Positions 51,301-62,593 of a stretch of 64,000 bases of DNA are shown piece by piece (position 1 is the stretch's first letter; each line of letters starts with the position of its first letter). The stretch comes from Nitrosopumilaceae archaeon (GTDB taxonomy: Archaea; Thermoproteota; Nitrososphaeria; Nitrososphaerales; Nitrosopumilaceae), in contig CBDATR010000024.1 in the NCBI GenBank assembly GCA_965200155.1, positions 64,001 through 128,000 on the forward strand. Reading direction: 5' to 3'. Under the pieces are notes generated by a model. The model had not been told where the DNA came from. It worked only from the letters and a program-made list of their open reading frames with translations, and searched no databases. The translations under genes were made by a program, and so were the position numbers.

Positions 51301-54111
51301 TCACGTTATGAACAGGGCGGGCTTGAATGGACGGGCTGTGTGTGCCTTGTTGCCAGGGTCGTCCGGAGACTCTACATTATCATACACTACTACCTCGGCG
51401 CCCTGGAATGTCGTGTTAACAACATCCTGTAGGTGATTCTCCAGCAGATTCCGCTCATCAAAGGATACATCATTCAGCCGGTAACGCCGCATATCCACAG
51501 GCTCAGAGAGTATATCCTTGAGGCACCGCGTGATCTCCTTTGGTCTTCGGCGCAGGTCCGCCGTTTTGGGATTATCCCCCAGGGCAGCCATGACATCCCG
51601 CATACGCGTGTGCCCCGCGTCCACGCACCGCAGAACTTCGAGGTATATGTGATGCCAGTCTGCCACGTATACCATTATGCGGCGTGGAGTGATCTTGGAT
51701 ATACTCACGATATGGGATATATCGGCCAATATGCTCCGCAGAAGGTGTTCAGCCTGTAGAACTGAGTCATCGGTACCGGTACCGGTAGGCCAGGAAGCCT
51801 CCGCGACCAGTCCGGAGTTACCAAGAGCGAGCCACATCTCTTCGGCGGCATGTGGAGCAAAGGGTGAGAGGAGTGCCGCGCGCGTACTGCATATCATGTG
51901 TTTTATGCCCGGTGGCGGAGCAGCGCCAGCCAATCTTTGCCGGTACCACTGCATGTCAGACTCCAGGCCGTACAATATATCGTGTAGCGCCTCCCGCATG
52001 CGCATACGCTCCATATTGCCCGTGACACGCTCCACCAACGCATGCACACGAGCCAGTAGCCACCGCTCTGGCATTCCCGTGTTCTCCGAGGATCCCCTCT
52101 CAAGACCGGAACACTCACGTATAATTCGCTCCAATCGCTGCCCCATACCTGAGACCGAGTCCAGGTTTATGTCCGCATCCTGTAGCAGTTCTGCAGATAT
52201 GGTTATTCCCAAACGTATGGGGTCCGCCCCGTACTTTTCAATGGCCCGCCGAAGGGGTATGATATTTCCCATGCTCTTGGACATCTTCTTGCCACCCATG
52301 AGAACTGAGCCGTTCACCACTATCTGACGGGGCCAGAGATTTCGCGGAAAGATTGCCACATGATTCATTACATAGAACGTCAGGTGGTTGGGAACGAGAT
52401 CCCGCCCCGAGTGACGGGTATCCACAGGATAAAAGTACAGGAACTCCCGGCGTATCTCATCTATGTTGGGTATGTCCGGTCGCGGACCCATACCCAAAAA
52501 GACATAATCAAAGAACTTCTCGTCCATCATGTCTGCCGACAGGGACTTGTCGGTAACGAATTTCATTATAATGTAAAATGCTGAATATATAGTAGAATCA
52601 GAGAGGCTCTCCACTATCCAGTTATCATCCCAGGGAAGCTTGGTACCCATCCCGTGTTGCCTGGCGCATGCTCGTTCCCGAAGCCAGTCCACCACATTCC
52701 CAAACTCCGGACGTATCTCCGGCGGCAGTATATCCATCTCCCCCATGCAGTCCCGGGTATCCTGTTTCCAGTCATCGGAACCGTAATTCAGAAACCACTG
52801 ATTGGAGAGTATCTTTACCACGCATATGGTACCACACCTACAGCGAACATCATCGGCCATCTCCAAGAACTCGCCCCCGTGATTATTCTCCAGTAGCCAG
52901 TCCCGTATGGCGTCCTTGCATTCTGATACGCGCATACCGGAGAACTTGCCGCAGGACTCCAGAAGTGTACCCGTATAGAACTCCTTGTTGTATATATCCG
53001 AGGTGACCTCGTCCAGTTTTGGGTCATGCTGGTTCTTTATGCCATGGGCTTGGCATGCCTCTTGTGCCGGTACCTTGCCGTATCCGGGTACATCAATAAC
53101 GGGTATGGCTCGTATACCCTGCGCCTCTTGCAGTGTATCGGAGATATCCTGCAGGGCCATATAATCAAAGGGGGCATGAGCTGGTACTGACATTACAAGA
53201 CCGGTACCCGTATTGGGATCCGCAAACCCTGCCGGAAGCATGGGCACATCCACGTTTAATGGTGTTTGAATACGCTTGCCAACCATCTGGGCACCCTTCA
53301 GTGTACCCAGCTTCTCTGCTTTGATATCCTGGAATGACAACTTGTAAGTGCACTGGGGTGAGACTATCCATTCTTCATCATCCACCCGCACTATATCATA
53401 TGTGACATCCGGGTTTATCCAGACGTTGGTCACACCAAATATTGTCTCAGGACGCAGGGTGGCAGCTACAATGGTATAGCGACCCCACCTAAACTTTACC
53501 AGTACATATTCGGTGAACTCCGGCTCCACATCACCCAGCGTATCATGCTGTGACACAGGATTCTGATCCCTGGGACACCAGCCGACGGGGTGAGATCCCT
53601 GTATTATTAGGCCCCTCTCCCGCAGGAAATTTACCTGCCACTCTACAAACCGCCTGTAAGGCTCATCTATGGTTGTGAATTCCCGGCGCCAGTCTATGGA
53701 ATAGCCCATCTCCATCATGCCCGTCTTTATCTCCGTCCGAAAGTAGTTGGCAATATTCAGTGGCTTCACAAAGCTCTCTATGACATGAGGCGGAACGCCA
53801 AACATGTCCCGCAGACCGGATAACAATTCCTCATCCCTCGCTTGTACACGTCGGGCCATACCCAGAATGGGAGTACCCGTATAATGGAAGCCCATGGGAA
53901 ATAGTACGTTATACCCGCGCATGCGCCAGAAACGCGCGTTTATGTCAGCCAGTGTATATGTGCGGCCGTGCCCCATGTGCTGGGGCGAGTTTGGATAGGG
54001 GTACGCTACCGTTATGGTCTTTTTGGGGCGGTCATCGGGTTTGGGCCGGAATAGGCCCCTCTCATCCCACCGGTGTTGCCACTTTTTTTCCACATCTTGC
54101 CAGTATGTCAT
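51301..54111 (-). CDS. leuS: Leucine-tRNA ligase
   Basis: AYPYPN..HMGH, TLRPET, KMSKS. Confidence 0.97.
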   Translation of the reverse strand: MTYWQDVEKKWQHRWDERGLFRPKPDDRPKKTITVAYPYPNSPQHMGHGRTYTLADINARFWRMRGYNVLFPMGFHYTGTPILGMARRVQARDEELLSGLRDMFGVPPHVIESFVKPLNIANYFRTEIKTGMMEMGYSIDWRREFTTIDEPYRRFVEWQVNFLRERGLIIQGSHPVGWCPRDQNPVSQHDTLGDVEPEFTEYVLVKFRWGRYTIVAATLRPETIFGVTNVWINPDVTYDIVRVDDEEWIVSPQCTYKLSFQDIKAEKLGTLKGAQMVGKRIQTPLNVDVPMLPAGFADPNTGTGLVMSVPAHAPFDYMALQDISDTLQEAQGIRAIPVIDVPGYGKVPAQEACQAHGIKNQHDPKLDEVTSDIYNKEFYTGTLLESCGKFSGMRVSECKDAIRDWLLENNHGGEFLEMADDVRCRCGTICVVKILSNQWFLNYGSDDWKQDTRDCMGEMDILPPEIRPEFGNVVDWLRERACARQHGMGTKLPWDDNWIVESLSDSTIYSAFYIIMKFVTDKSLSADMMDEKFFDYVFLGMGPRPDIPNIDEIRREFLYFYPVDTRHSGRDLVPNHLTFYVMNHVAIFPRNLWPRQIVVNGSVLMGGKKMSKSMGNIIPLRRAIEKYGADPIRLGITISAELLQDADINLDSVSGMGQRLERIIRECSGLERGSSENTGMPERWLLARVHALVERVTGNMERMRMREALHDILYGLESDMQWYRQRLAGAAPPPGIKHMICSTRAALLSPFAPHAAEEMWLALGNSGLVAEASWPTGTGTDDSVLQAEHLLRSILADISHIVSISKITPRRIMVYVADWHHIYLEVLRCVDAGHTRMRDVMAALGDNPKTADLRRRPKEITRCLKDILSEPVDMRRYRLNDVSFDERNLLENHLQDVVNTTFQGAEVVVYDNVESPDDPGNKAHTARPFKPALFIT

Positions 54112-56717
54112 GGTATCAGCTCCGACCGCGCCCAAGATACAGCCTGTTCCACATGCGTGTCTTTCCGACCACCCCCCTGAGCAAAGAAGTTATCTCCCAC
54201 CGCGCGGCCACCTAGTATGTCCGATATGACTTGTGCTATATGTATGGCACTGTGAAGGGACTGAGAGCCGCAATATACCATTACTCGTATGGCCGGACCG
54301 CTGTGAAATATGCCGCAATATGTCAGATGAGTGTCGCCTTTTATCAGCCTCTTGCCCATCTTTGTATGGAACTTTTGGTCATACTCGTCATGGTATACCA
54401 CACAGGATCCACCGCCAAATACTGCACCATACTCTGAGCCTTCCCCCCGGGGAACCACATCTAGTAGTCGTTCCATAGCATCAGAGTGCGATTTTCTTGG
54501 TTCTTGCTTTTTTGGCGCGTCTGTCATGACAGGAGTGTTAGCGGCCTGCGGTCCTGAAACGAATTCCAGTCGCACCACCCCGTCCTGTATGCGTTTGGAG
54601 CGTGTTATCCGAATTTGCCCAACTTTACCGGTACTGGATACGTGCGTACCCCCACAGGCCTCTATATCCTCGTTCCCTATGGATACTATACGCACAGCCT
54701 TAACTGGCACTACACCCCCCTGATATATGCTGAAACCGTACATCTTCTCTGCGCTTCCCCTGTCCATATATTGTACGGAGACGGGCAGATCCCGTTTTAT
54801 CATATTATTGGCCTCCCGCTCTATGCGGGATACTGCATCCTTGTCCAGGGCAGAATGGTGGGTAATATCCAGTCGTGCATGATCCTCGTCCTTGTACGCG
54901 GAGTGTTGCCAAACCCAAGAACCCAGTACACGACGGGACGATGCATTGAGTATGTGTGTGGCAGTATGATTTGAGGTTATTCTGTCACGGCGAGTTCTGT
55001 CTATACTACATCTTACCGTATCACCGATCTCCGGCGCCTTGCCGCGTATGTAGTGCACTATAACATTACCGTGCTTCTGCACATCCACCACCGGACACAT
55101 TTCAATTGTACCCGTATCCGGTTCCTGACCCCCACCCCGGGGATAGAAGGATGTCCTGTCAAGGATTACGGTGTCTTCCCCGGATTTCAGTACACTGGAA
55201 GTAAAGGTGGTAGGATCCTCCTCATAGTATAGAGGCACCGTATCAGGCATGTTATCCAGATTGGGTGTATCTATATGCTTTGGGCGCTGCTTTTGGTGTA
55301 ATTCGGCCAACCGCGGATAAAATTCAGCCGGTACCTGCTCCATTGCCCCCATTTCCACCAGGTAATCGGGCGTTATCCCATCGGACTCGTACAGTGTTAT
55401 TAATTGGGAGACTGTAGGGGGCGTTCTCTGGTTCCGTATTCTGTCAGATATACCCGACATCCTGGTCTTGGATGCAGCATATCTTGCCAGCTCTATATCC
55501 AGGATATCATGTACGTCCTGCCGTCGCGCATCCAGCTCTTTGTATGTACCGGACAGGTAGTCTATATGGGAATCCACAATGTTATGAATGTTCATCGGCC
55601 CCAGGGAGCCCGCCACCCGGCGTAGCATCATGCGTAGGTTGTAGCCACCGCCCACATTGCTGGGAAGCGATCCATCACATATGGCAAATATCAGGGTACG
55701 TATGTGATCCGCCACCATGTATACGGACTCCAATGGCAGTATCATGCTCTTCAGTGTCTGCTCAGAGAGACCCGCTACCTCAATTGCGTGTTTGCGTAGC
55801 TGGTTTATATCGCGTATGGTATCCAGGCTCTTTGCCACGGCAGTATAATATGACTTGAGAGCATCAGGTTTGGGGTCCACCCCGCATGATGTAATCATCT
55901 CTTGCAGTACCGGTCCAAAGCAGCAGTCATACGCGGTGGGAGTGCCCATGGTAATCCATGCAAAACGCTCCAGTCCCGCGCCCATATCAATAACTCGCCT
56001 GTCCAGTGGACTGTAATTGTCCAGGGTTCCCTGAAACTCGGTAAAGACTGCATTTCCCAGCTCCAGACCGCATACAAAGTACTCCAGCGAGGGTCCAAAG
56101 GAACCCCCTCCGGCCCAGACATCCTCCACGAATGTGATCTCCTTGGGAAATATGCCAAATATACGAGTCAGCAAGTCATAGTCCAGCTGTATGCACTGAT
56201 CCTTCCAGTAACCCCCCGTATCGGGAATGCTGTGCTGGCCCACCATGCAGAAACTGGAAAAGTGTCTGCCACTAACCCCCACATTATCAATATCCTTGAA
56301 TCTGAGACATGGCTGGGGCACCACAAGGGGGTTAGCTGGAAATTCAAAGGTGATCTTGGAACCGGCCACCCTCTGAAAGTCCACTATGGAGGCTATTGTG
56401 TAATAGAGATCATCGCGCCATCTGCACACCACCGGATAGCGCGGTGTGGAGACGTGATTCATGGACACAAAGAAGGACTCCATCTGTCGCCAGGATTCGG
56501 CATAATCAAATCTTTTGTCAGTTGGAGGGTTGCCTATGAACGAGTAAGTGTCAGGACCGTCATCCGGGCACATATCCCGTTCCGGATCAAGCGTCCAGAA
56601 GAAGCGGCCGCACCTAGAGCAGGCACGGCGCTCAAAACCCAGATCCGAGAAGAGATGTACAGCGTAATGCCTATCAGGCTCCTTGGAGAAGTGTGCCAGT
56701 ATCTCGGATTTGTTCAT
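54108..56717 (-). CDS. alaS: Alanine-tRNA ligase
   Basis: IDMGAGLER, DHIRT, HTATH and EACGGTH editing motifs, AQGGG. Confidence 0.97.
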   Translation of the reverse strand: MNKSEILAHFSKEPDRHYAVHLFSDLGFERRACSRCGRFFWTLDPERDMCPDDGPDTYSFIGNPPTDKRFDYAESWRQMESFFVSMNHVSTPRYPVVCRWRDDLYYTIASIVDFQRVAGSKITFEFPANPLVVPQPCLRFKDIDNVGVSGRHFSSFCMVGQHSIPDTGGYWKDQCIQLDYDLLTRIFGIFPKEITFVEDVWAGGGSFGPSLEYFVCGLELGNAVFTEFQGTLDNYSPLDRRVIDMGAGLERFAWITMGTPTAYDCCFGPVLQEMITSCGVDPKPDALKSYYTAVAKSLDTIRDINQLRKHAIEVAGLSEQTLKSMILPLESVYMVADHIRTLIFAICDGSLPSNVGGGYNLRMMLRRVAGSLGPMNIHNIVDSHIDYLSGTYKELDARRQDVHDILDIELARYAASKTRMSGISDRIRNQRTPPTVSQLITLYESDGITPDYLVEMGAMEQVPAEFYPRLAELHQKQRPKHIDTPNLDNMPDTVPLYYEEDPTTFTSSVLKSGEDTVILDRTSFYPRGGGQEPDTGTIEMCPVVDVQKHGNVIVHYIRGKAPEIGDTVRCSIDRTRRDRITSNHTATHILNASSRRVLGSWVWQHSAYKDEDHARLDITHHSALDKDAVSRIEREANNMIKRDLPVSVQYMDRGSAEKMYGFSIYQGGVVPVKAVRIVSIGNEDIEACGGTHVSSTGKVGQIRITRSKRIQDGVVRLEFVSGPQAANTPVMTDAPKKQEPRKSHSDAMERLLDVVPRGEGSEYGAVFGGGSCVVYHDEYDQKFHTKMGKRLIKGDTHLTYCGIFHSGPAIRVMVYCGSQSLHSAIHIAQVISDILGGRAVGDNFFAQGGGRKDTHVEQAVSWARSELIP

Positions 56718-56985
56718 GTAACAGTACTGAAACTTAATGGCATTATGAGTATTTAGAGTCGGGCACATTATGGCTAGGCATGGCATTCCGGCTAATCACT
56801 GGATACCAGACTTGTGAAAATCAGGCTGCCGCCAAGTTACAGAATAAAACTCCGAGATGTGTTACCGGGGTTTTTCTGCCAGTAAAATATTGGCAGCGCG
56901 TATGGTCGAATTTATGCACGAATCATGGCTCATGCAAGTTACGGGAAATCATTCCCTCGCTCACTAAAACATGAAAAAGATTTAC

Positions 56986-58518
56986 TTACTGGCTAGTATC
57001 AGTACATGAACCGCCGTCCACGGTATTGTAATCAATTACAATCAGCATACCGTTTATTGGTGGTATGGTGCCATCAATTCTAAGATTCGCATTATTGAAG
57101 GATATTGGGTATGACACATCTCGTAGTACACCGTCATCGCCCAGATCTATTGTAACATCAGGGGAATTGTCCCTATCACCATCAAGAACTGTTAGCCGCA
57201 TCTCTGCAAAGCCGGTCAACGCTGTATTCCATGTTCCCACTGCCTGGACATCGATGTCGGTGATCTCCACAGGATCATCATTGCAGTCTAGGGTATTAGA
57301 GAAGGTACTCAGTATTCCTGTATCAGAGGATATGTTGGCGCTCAACAGTAGTGAGTCCGAGTCGCTGAGCGTGCTGCTGCTACCCAGTCCCGTATTCAAT
57401 ACACAAGTGGTATCTCGACTGCCCAGATACTCCACAACAATACTGTACCTGAAGCCAGAACTGTCACGGGTGGATTCCGATACTGCTCGCCCTGTGTCGT
57501 CCTGCTGGCTGACAAACGTTAGCGGTGTGCCAGCGGGAAGGGACTGCAGGTTAAAGGATGAGCCCCTGTTAAGAGTGGTGTATGAGCCTGAGGAGACCTC
57601 AAACTTGCTGTTGTACAGATCCTGGTTATCTACACGAAGATAGTTCTCCGGTGTTATGCCGGTAGGATTCGGTGGCAATACGGTTTGGCCAACGCCCACC
57701 GTGCGTATTTGATCCAGATTCACAACCTTATCACACGAGAACGTCATCTCAAGTGTATAGGTGTTACCGCTCCTTGTGCCAGCATTATTGTATGTATAAG
57801 CAGTGATATCCTGTCTCAGGGTGTTCTTTGACAGTGTAGTAGGCAGGGAAGGACTAGTTTGCGAGGGCTGCTCAAGTTTGCTCTCCAAGGCGGTCAGCCT
57901 GTCCTCTACACCACTCAACTTTGTGTTTATATCGGAGTTTAGCCTGTTGACAGAATTGGACAGAAAGTCCAAGCTGGATACCACATCATCGTTGTTATTG
58001 TCATCAGAACCCATGGAAGCCTGTATGGATATCAGGGTGCTCTCTATATCCGTCAGCCTGTCCTCTATACTTCCAAGCGAGATATTGTTGGCCGTTATGG
58101 TGGCGGCAAGGTTGTCAAAGTTTGAGATTGCCGATTCTATAGTGCTCACACTGGTGCTTATGCGATTAACATTGCTCGTTAGGCCAGTAACAGAGTTCTG
58201 CAAACCGTCAAGGTTCGCCAATTGCTCGCTCACGGCATTCACTGCACCATTCACATCATCCACACTGCTTCTGGTCTCGATTATCTGTAGCTGAGTCTCG
58301 GTGACCTGATCACTTACCCTATCCACTTGGTGGCCTATGCCATTTATAGTACTGTTCAAGCCGGATATCTGCTGAATCATTTCCAGTACATCAGATATGG
58401 AATCCATCATGCTAACCACATTATCATCAATGTTTGTTAGACGCTCTGTATTGCTTTGAGCATACGCTGGTACCACACTGATTGCTATTCCTAAAAGAAG
58501 TACAATTATAATTTTCAT
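56986..58518 (-). CDS. Secreted coiled-coil protein with two Cys-paired beta-rich domains
   Basis: Signal peptide, long heptad repeat region, Ser/Thr/Asp-rich C-terminal half. Confidence 0.75.
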   Translation of the reverse strand: MKIIIVLLLGIAISVVPAYAQSNTERLTNIDDNVVSMMDSISDVLEMIQQISGLNSTINGIGHQVDRVSDQVTETQLQIIETRSSVDDVNGAVNAVSEQLANLDGLQNSVTGLTSNVNRISTSVSTIESAISNFDNLAATITANNISLGSIEDRLTDIESTLISIQASMGSDDNNNDDVVSSLDFLSNSVNRLNSDINTKLSGVEDRLTALESKLEQPSQTSPSLPTTLSKNTLRQDITAYTYNNAGTRSGNTYTLEMTFSCDKVVNLDQIRTVGVGQTVLPPNPTGITPENYLRVDNQDLYNSKFEVSSGSYTTLNRGSSFNLQSLPAGTPLTFVSQQDDTGRAVSESTRDSSGFRYSIVVEYLGSRDTTCVLNTGLGSSSTLSDSDSLLLSANISSDTGILSTFSNTLDCNDDPVEITDIDVQAVGTWNTALTGFAEMRLTVLDGDRDNSPDVTIDLGDDGVLRDVSYPISFNNANLRIDGTIPPINGMLIVIDYNTVDGGSCTDTSQ

Positions 58519-58636
58519 TTGTCACTAATTTACAATTTGGTATATAGCCACGGTGTCAAAAAAAAGTATACATATTGTCAAATATTTTTACACCGCTACA
58601 AAGGCCGGAACGTCAAGTTGCCAGACACTCATCCAA

Positions 58637-59944
58637 TCATAATCCAGATCGCATGTGATCCACTATCTTGCCGGGGTTAAGCAGATTGTAGGGATCAAGG
58701 AGATTCTTTAGCTCCACAAATAGCGAGTAGTTCTTTTCGCCATACTGGTATTGTATTAGAGGAGTCCTAGCTATCCCGTCCCCGTGCTCTGCAGTTATTG
58801 TTCCGTTCATGCTCACCACGCTCATCAAGTATTGGGTAGCTGCCTCGCCGTGGGCATCCGCGCCTACCCTGAGGTGGATGTTGCCATTCCCCGCGTGTCC
58901 GTAATAGTACACTTTTGCGCCAAGTTGCGAGCCCATGTGCGCCATAGACTCAAAGAGTTTGGGCAGTTTATCCAGGGGTACGGCGGCATCCTCCACCATG
59001 CTGGGCCGGTTTCCCACCGAACGCATAGACAGCGACAGCGAGGAGTTGCGTTTGTCCCACCATGCCTGGGCCCGGTCCCCGGTAGCTATATCCACCACAT
59101 GATTGCGTATGTGCGCCCCTATTGCACTATCCCACCGATTATACTCGAATTCGGCAAACAGAAAGCACTGACACCCATCCAGTATGCCGGGGCCCACCAC
59201 TTCCAATGAGGCGGGATCGCATTCTATTATAGCGTCGCAATCCCGTATCGCATCCTTTTCATCAGCATATCGCAGAACTACCAGAACTCGATATGGCGGT
59301 ATAGGCAGCGTGCGTAGCCGGGCGGAGACTATTATTCCCAAGGTACCCTCAGAAGCCGCCAGTACCCGGTGGGTTTCCCGCTCACTTCCCACAGCATCCA
59401 GCCGGTAACCGCAGGAGTTTTTGGATGTGCATGGGTATGATGAAAGAGAGACCCGGTTGCAGATATCATATATCTGCCGGGAGTACTTTTGGTTATTGGG
59501 GAGTGTGACTATATTCCCCCGCCCGTCCACAAAGGTGACTTCCAGCAAGTTGTCCAGAGTACTGCCATACTTCAGGGAACGACTCCCACTGGCATTATTA
59601 CCTATCATGCCACCTATCCGGCAGTAGGGTCCCACCGACGGATTTGGGCCAAGGAAATGCCCACTCCTGGACAGAGTCTGGTTTAGTGCGCCTAGGGAGA
59701 CTCCGGCCTGTACGGATACAGAATCGCGGTACGCGCGTATCTTGTTCATATGACACATGTCCAGTATGATGCCAGAGTTTAGGGCACCGCCCACAAGTCC
59801 CGTTCCTGCCCCCCTAGGGGTAATCGAGAGACCGCGCTCCCGGGCCATGTGTACTATATCTGCAACATCACCGATGCTACGAGGAAAGGTAACTCCCGCG
59901 GGGCGTATACTGTAGGTACTAGAATCGACTGAGTAGTATTGCAA
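58637..59944 (-). CDS. FAD-binding oxidoreductase (GlcD/D-lactate dehydrogenase family)
   Basis: RGAGTGL, GGMIGNNASG, SEGTLG, GHAGNGNIH, AEHGDG, NPGK; start uncertain. Confidence 0.9.
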   Translation of the reverse strand: MQYYSVDSSTYSIRPAGVTFPRSIGDVADIVHMARERGLSITPRGAGTGLVGGALNSGIILDMCHMNKIRAYRDSVSVQAGVSLGALNQTLSRSGHFLGPNPSVGPYCRIGGMIGNNASGSRSLKYGSTLDNLLEVTFVDGRGNIVTLPNNQKYSRQIYDICNRVSLSSYPCTSKNSCGYRLDAVGSERETHRVLAASEGTLGIIVSARLRTLPIPPYRVLVVLRYADEKDAIRDCDAIIECDPASLEVVGPGILDGCQCFLFAEFEYNRWDSAIGAHIRNHVVDIATGDRAQAWWDKRNSSLSLSMRSVGNRPSMVEDAAVPLDKLPKLFESMAHMGSQLGAKVYYYGHAGNGNIHLRVGADAHGEAATQYLMSVVSMNGTITAEHGDGIARTPLIQYQYGEKNYSLFVELKNLLDPYNLLNPGKIVDHMRSGL

Positions 59945-59966
59945 TAGGTGATCAGACTGGCATATG

Positions 59967-61268
59967 CTAGAGCCGGATTCGATAATAATCCCACCTCTCA
60001 GGATCGCACTTTTCTATAAACTCGGCCTTCTCCTTCTCTATACGAGACTGAATTACATCCCGCAAGGCAAAGCTTGTAAGGAATTGATACCGCTTTGAGT
60101 ACGACTGCATGATAAAGAGGTGTCGCATCTTGCGGCCACCCCGCAGTCCCCAGTACCCCATTCTAAGTGCAAGAGGCTCAAGGAATACCGTATTGTGGAG
60201 GCCGTAGTTTTTGTCCCGCACCTGTGATGCAAAACGGTAATCCTCCAAGGGCCCCCCTTTGGCAAACCCTATGATGTCTCCTGTGTAGGTGTTCAGTCTC
60301 AGTGTATTTAGGATCGTAGAGGGATCCTTTATTGACTCCCGGAAGCTGTCTTGTCCAAACTGTAGCGGTAATGGAAGTTCCTTGAATATTTCCATGAGGG
60401 AGTCAATGAAACCGGGATCGTTGCGCGTAGCCATGGTATCTATTGTGGGCACAAAGCGCAGGTTGTCATAGGTATGCTTGGCCTGCACAGTGATCTCCTG
60501 TGTCCGCAGTTTCATAAACGAGAGTACCGTGTCAAAAAAATTCTTTCTCATTTCACGTGGGAGTGATTTCATTACATCCCGGCATATGGCGGACTCGTTG
60601 TTCAGTAAATACTCAAAGTATGCCACTGATCGCTGCACTATAAGCGAGGGCGCCCATGCCAGTGCATGTGCATTCATCTTGGCCATATCCATGGAGTGTG
60701 AAAAGTCTCCCAGGGCATATCCCCCTATGCGATCTGCAACCGACAGATACCACCCCCACCTCATGTAATGCTCCTGTTTAGCCTTGTCATTTCCCACAAA
60801 ATTTGATTGCTTCAAGTACGAGATAGCTTGCTGTACAAGATTGGGATCATCTTTCCAAGGGTAGGTCGTCCGCAGTATCAGGGCCTTGACTATATCCAAA
60901 TCCAGGTCCGCAGCATCTATCATGGACCGTATGTTGGAGTCGTTGTTGATGAATTTCACGACTTGTTTCTCGTGGGGTTTGTCGTTGGTTTTGGTGGGAT
61001 CAAAGTCGTGTAATAGTGCAGCGGCATACATATGTCGCATGTCGTACTCGGATATCTTGTCCTGCTTCTTCTTGGCAGACAAGGACACCAGAATCACATA
61101 TGTGACTGCCAGTTCGTGATCTATGTTATGATACCCATAGTAGTCTCTTCCCAGCCCTCGGCTCTCAAACAACTCTATGATATAGTCCAGAAGCTGTAGC
61201 AGAGGAGCGTCAGATATACCCGCATCCAAAAGCGCCCTGGCAACAAGGCCCCGCGTTACCCTTTGCAT
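59967..61268 (-). CDS. HD-domain protein
   Basis: YHNIDH, AALLHD, HE, AD motifs. Confidence 0.8.
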   Translation of the reverse strand: MQRVTRGLVARALLDAGISDAPLLQLLDYIIELFESRGLGRDYYGYHNIDHELAVTYVILVSLSAKKKQDKISEYDMRHMYAAALLHDFDPTKTNDKPHEKQVVKFINNDSNIRSMIDAADLDLDIVKALILRTTYPWKDDPNLVQQAISYLKQSNFVGNDKAKQEHYMRWGWYLSVADRIGGYALGDFSHSMDMAKMNAHALAWAPSLIVQRSVAYFEYLLNNESAICRDVMKSLPREMRKNFFDTVLSFMKLRTQEITVQAKHTYDNLRFVPTIDTMATRNDPGFIDSLMEIFKELPLPLQFGQDSFRESIKDPSTILNTLRLNTYTGDIIGFAKGGPLEDYRFASQVRDKNYGLHNTVFLEPLALRMGYWGLRGGRKMRHLFIMQSYSKRYQFLTSFALRDVIQSRIEKEKAEFIEKCDPERWDYYRIRL

Positions 61269-61484
61269 TGACGCGCGGCACCCGTAACATCTTTTAAATT
61301 ATTCCCAGAGCAGTTCGCCAAGGTTATAGCTGGATACGCATAACCCACGACAGGTAGTCCTACAGAATATGGCAGGGGCAACCTTGCAACACCCACATAC
61401 TTATACAGTTTGCACTACCAATCACAGGATATGACAGGCGCCCATGTTAATACAGATTAAAGGGAAAACCACTACCATGATATA

Positions 61485-62072
61485 ATGAACCGCGTACATT
61501 GCAATTCCCAAGGGGTCGCGCAGGCAGCCCAAATTATAAGCGAGGGGGGCACGGCAGTATTTCCCACAGATACCGTGTATGGTATTGGGTGCGATCCATA
61601 CAACAGGGACGCGGTGCGGCGCATATACAGCATCAAGCACAGGAATACATCCAAGGCACTCCCCGTCTTGGCATACTCCACAGACATGATATGGCAGATA
61701 GCAGAAGAGAGCCATACAGCCCATACACTGGCCACAAAATTCTGGCCAGGGGCGCTTACAATGATATTGGACGTAAAGGATAGCCTACTCGAGGAGAGTC
61801 TGAATCTGGATGGCAGAATAGCCCTAAGAGTGCCCGCAGGCAGATGCATACGCGCCCTGCTGCGCAAGTGTGGTATGGTGGTAGGCACCAGCGCCAACCA
61901 GTCCGGGGCCCCGTCACCGGTGAACCCGGATTGCATATCTGTATCATGTGACATAATGCTGGATGGTGGCACTATATCCGGTGGACAGGAATCCACAATA
62001 GTCAGTGTCACAAGAGAGCGCATGACCATAGTGCGGGAAGGGGCAATATCCCGGGAGACACTTGGTGCATGA
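61485..62072 (+). CDS. tsaC: L-threonylcarbamoyladenylate synthase (TsaC/Sua5, YrdC domain only)
   Basis: FPTDTVYG, KHR, WPGALT, TSAN, STIV. Confidence 0.93.
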   Translation: MNRVHCNSQGVAQAAQIISEGGTAVFPTDTVYGIGCDPYNRDAVRRIYSIKHRNTSKALPVLAYSTDMIWQIAEESHTAHTLATKFWPGALTMILDVKDSLLEESLNLDGRIALRVPAGRCIRALLRKCGMVVGTSANQSGAPSPVNPDCISVSCDIMLDGGTISGGQESTIVSVTRERMTIVREGAISRETLGA

Positions 62073-62593
62073 ATCTTATCATAACGTGTCCCCGGCGCAT
62101 GGAACACGATGCCAGAGAAGAGGCAGCCACACTACTACAAGAGATGGGCGACTCGCAATGTGTTCTGGAACTGACGGAGATATCCGGTATAATATATGGA
62201 ACTACTGAACTGAATCCCCATACCCTATCTAGGGAATTAACAGATATGGTATTGCAGGAGCCCTGGCGTATAAGATACATACGAAGAGTTATACCCATAG
62301 AGAGGACGGCGCTCACATCCATAGCCCACATAAAAGACCTCATACTGCCCCTTATACCCGGAATATCCAAGGAACAGACGTACCGCATAACCGTAGAGAA
62401 GCGTAACTCCGGCATATCCAGCGCGGACATAATAAACACAGTAGCCGGAATCATACCCAACAGGGTATGCCTGGAGAACCCGGACGTAATAGTTCAGATA
62501 GAGATAATGGGTGGAATTACAGGAGTATCCCTGATAAGACCGGGAGATATATTCAGTCTGGACATTGTGAAACGTAGTATATCAGAGGATTGA
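62069..62593 (+). CDS. THUMP-domain protein
   Basis: TYRITVEKR, VCLENPD..VQIE. Confidence 0.88.
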   Translation: MNLIITCPRRMEHDAREEAATLLQEMGDSQCVLELTEISGIIYGTTELNPHTLSRELTDMVLQEPWRIRYIRRVIPIERTALTSIAHIKDLILPLIPGISKEQTYRITVEKRNSGISSADIINTVAGIIPNRVCLENPDVIVQIEIMGGITGVSLIRPGDIFSLDIVKRSISED

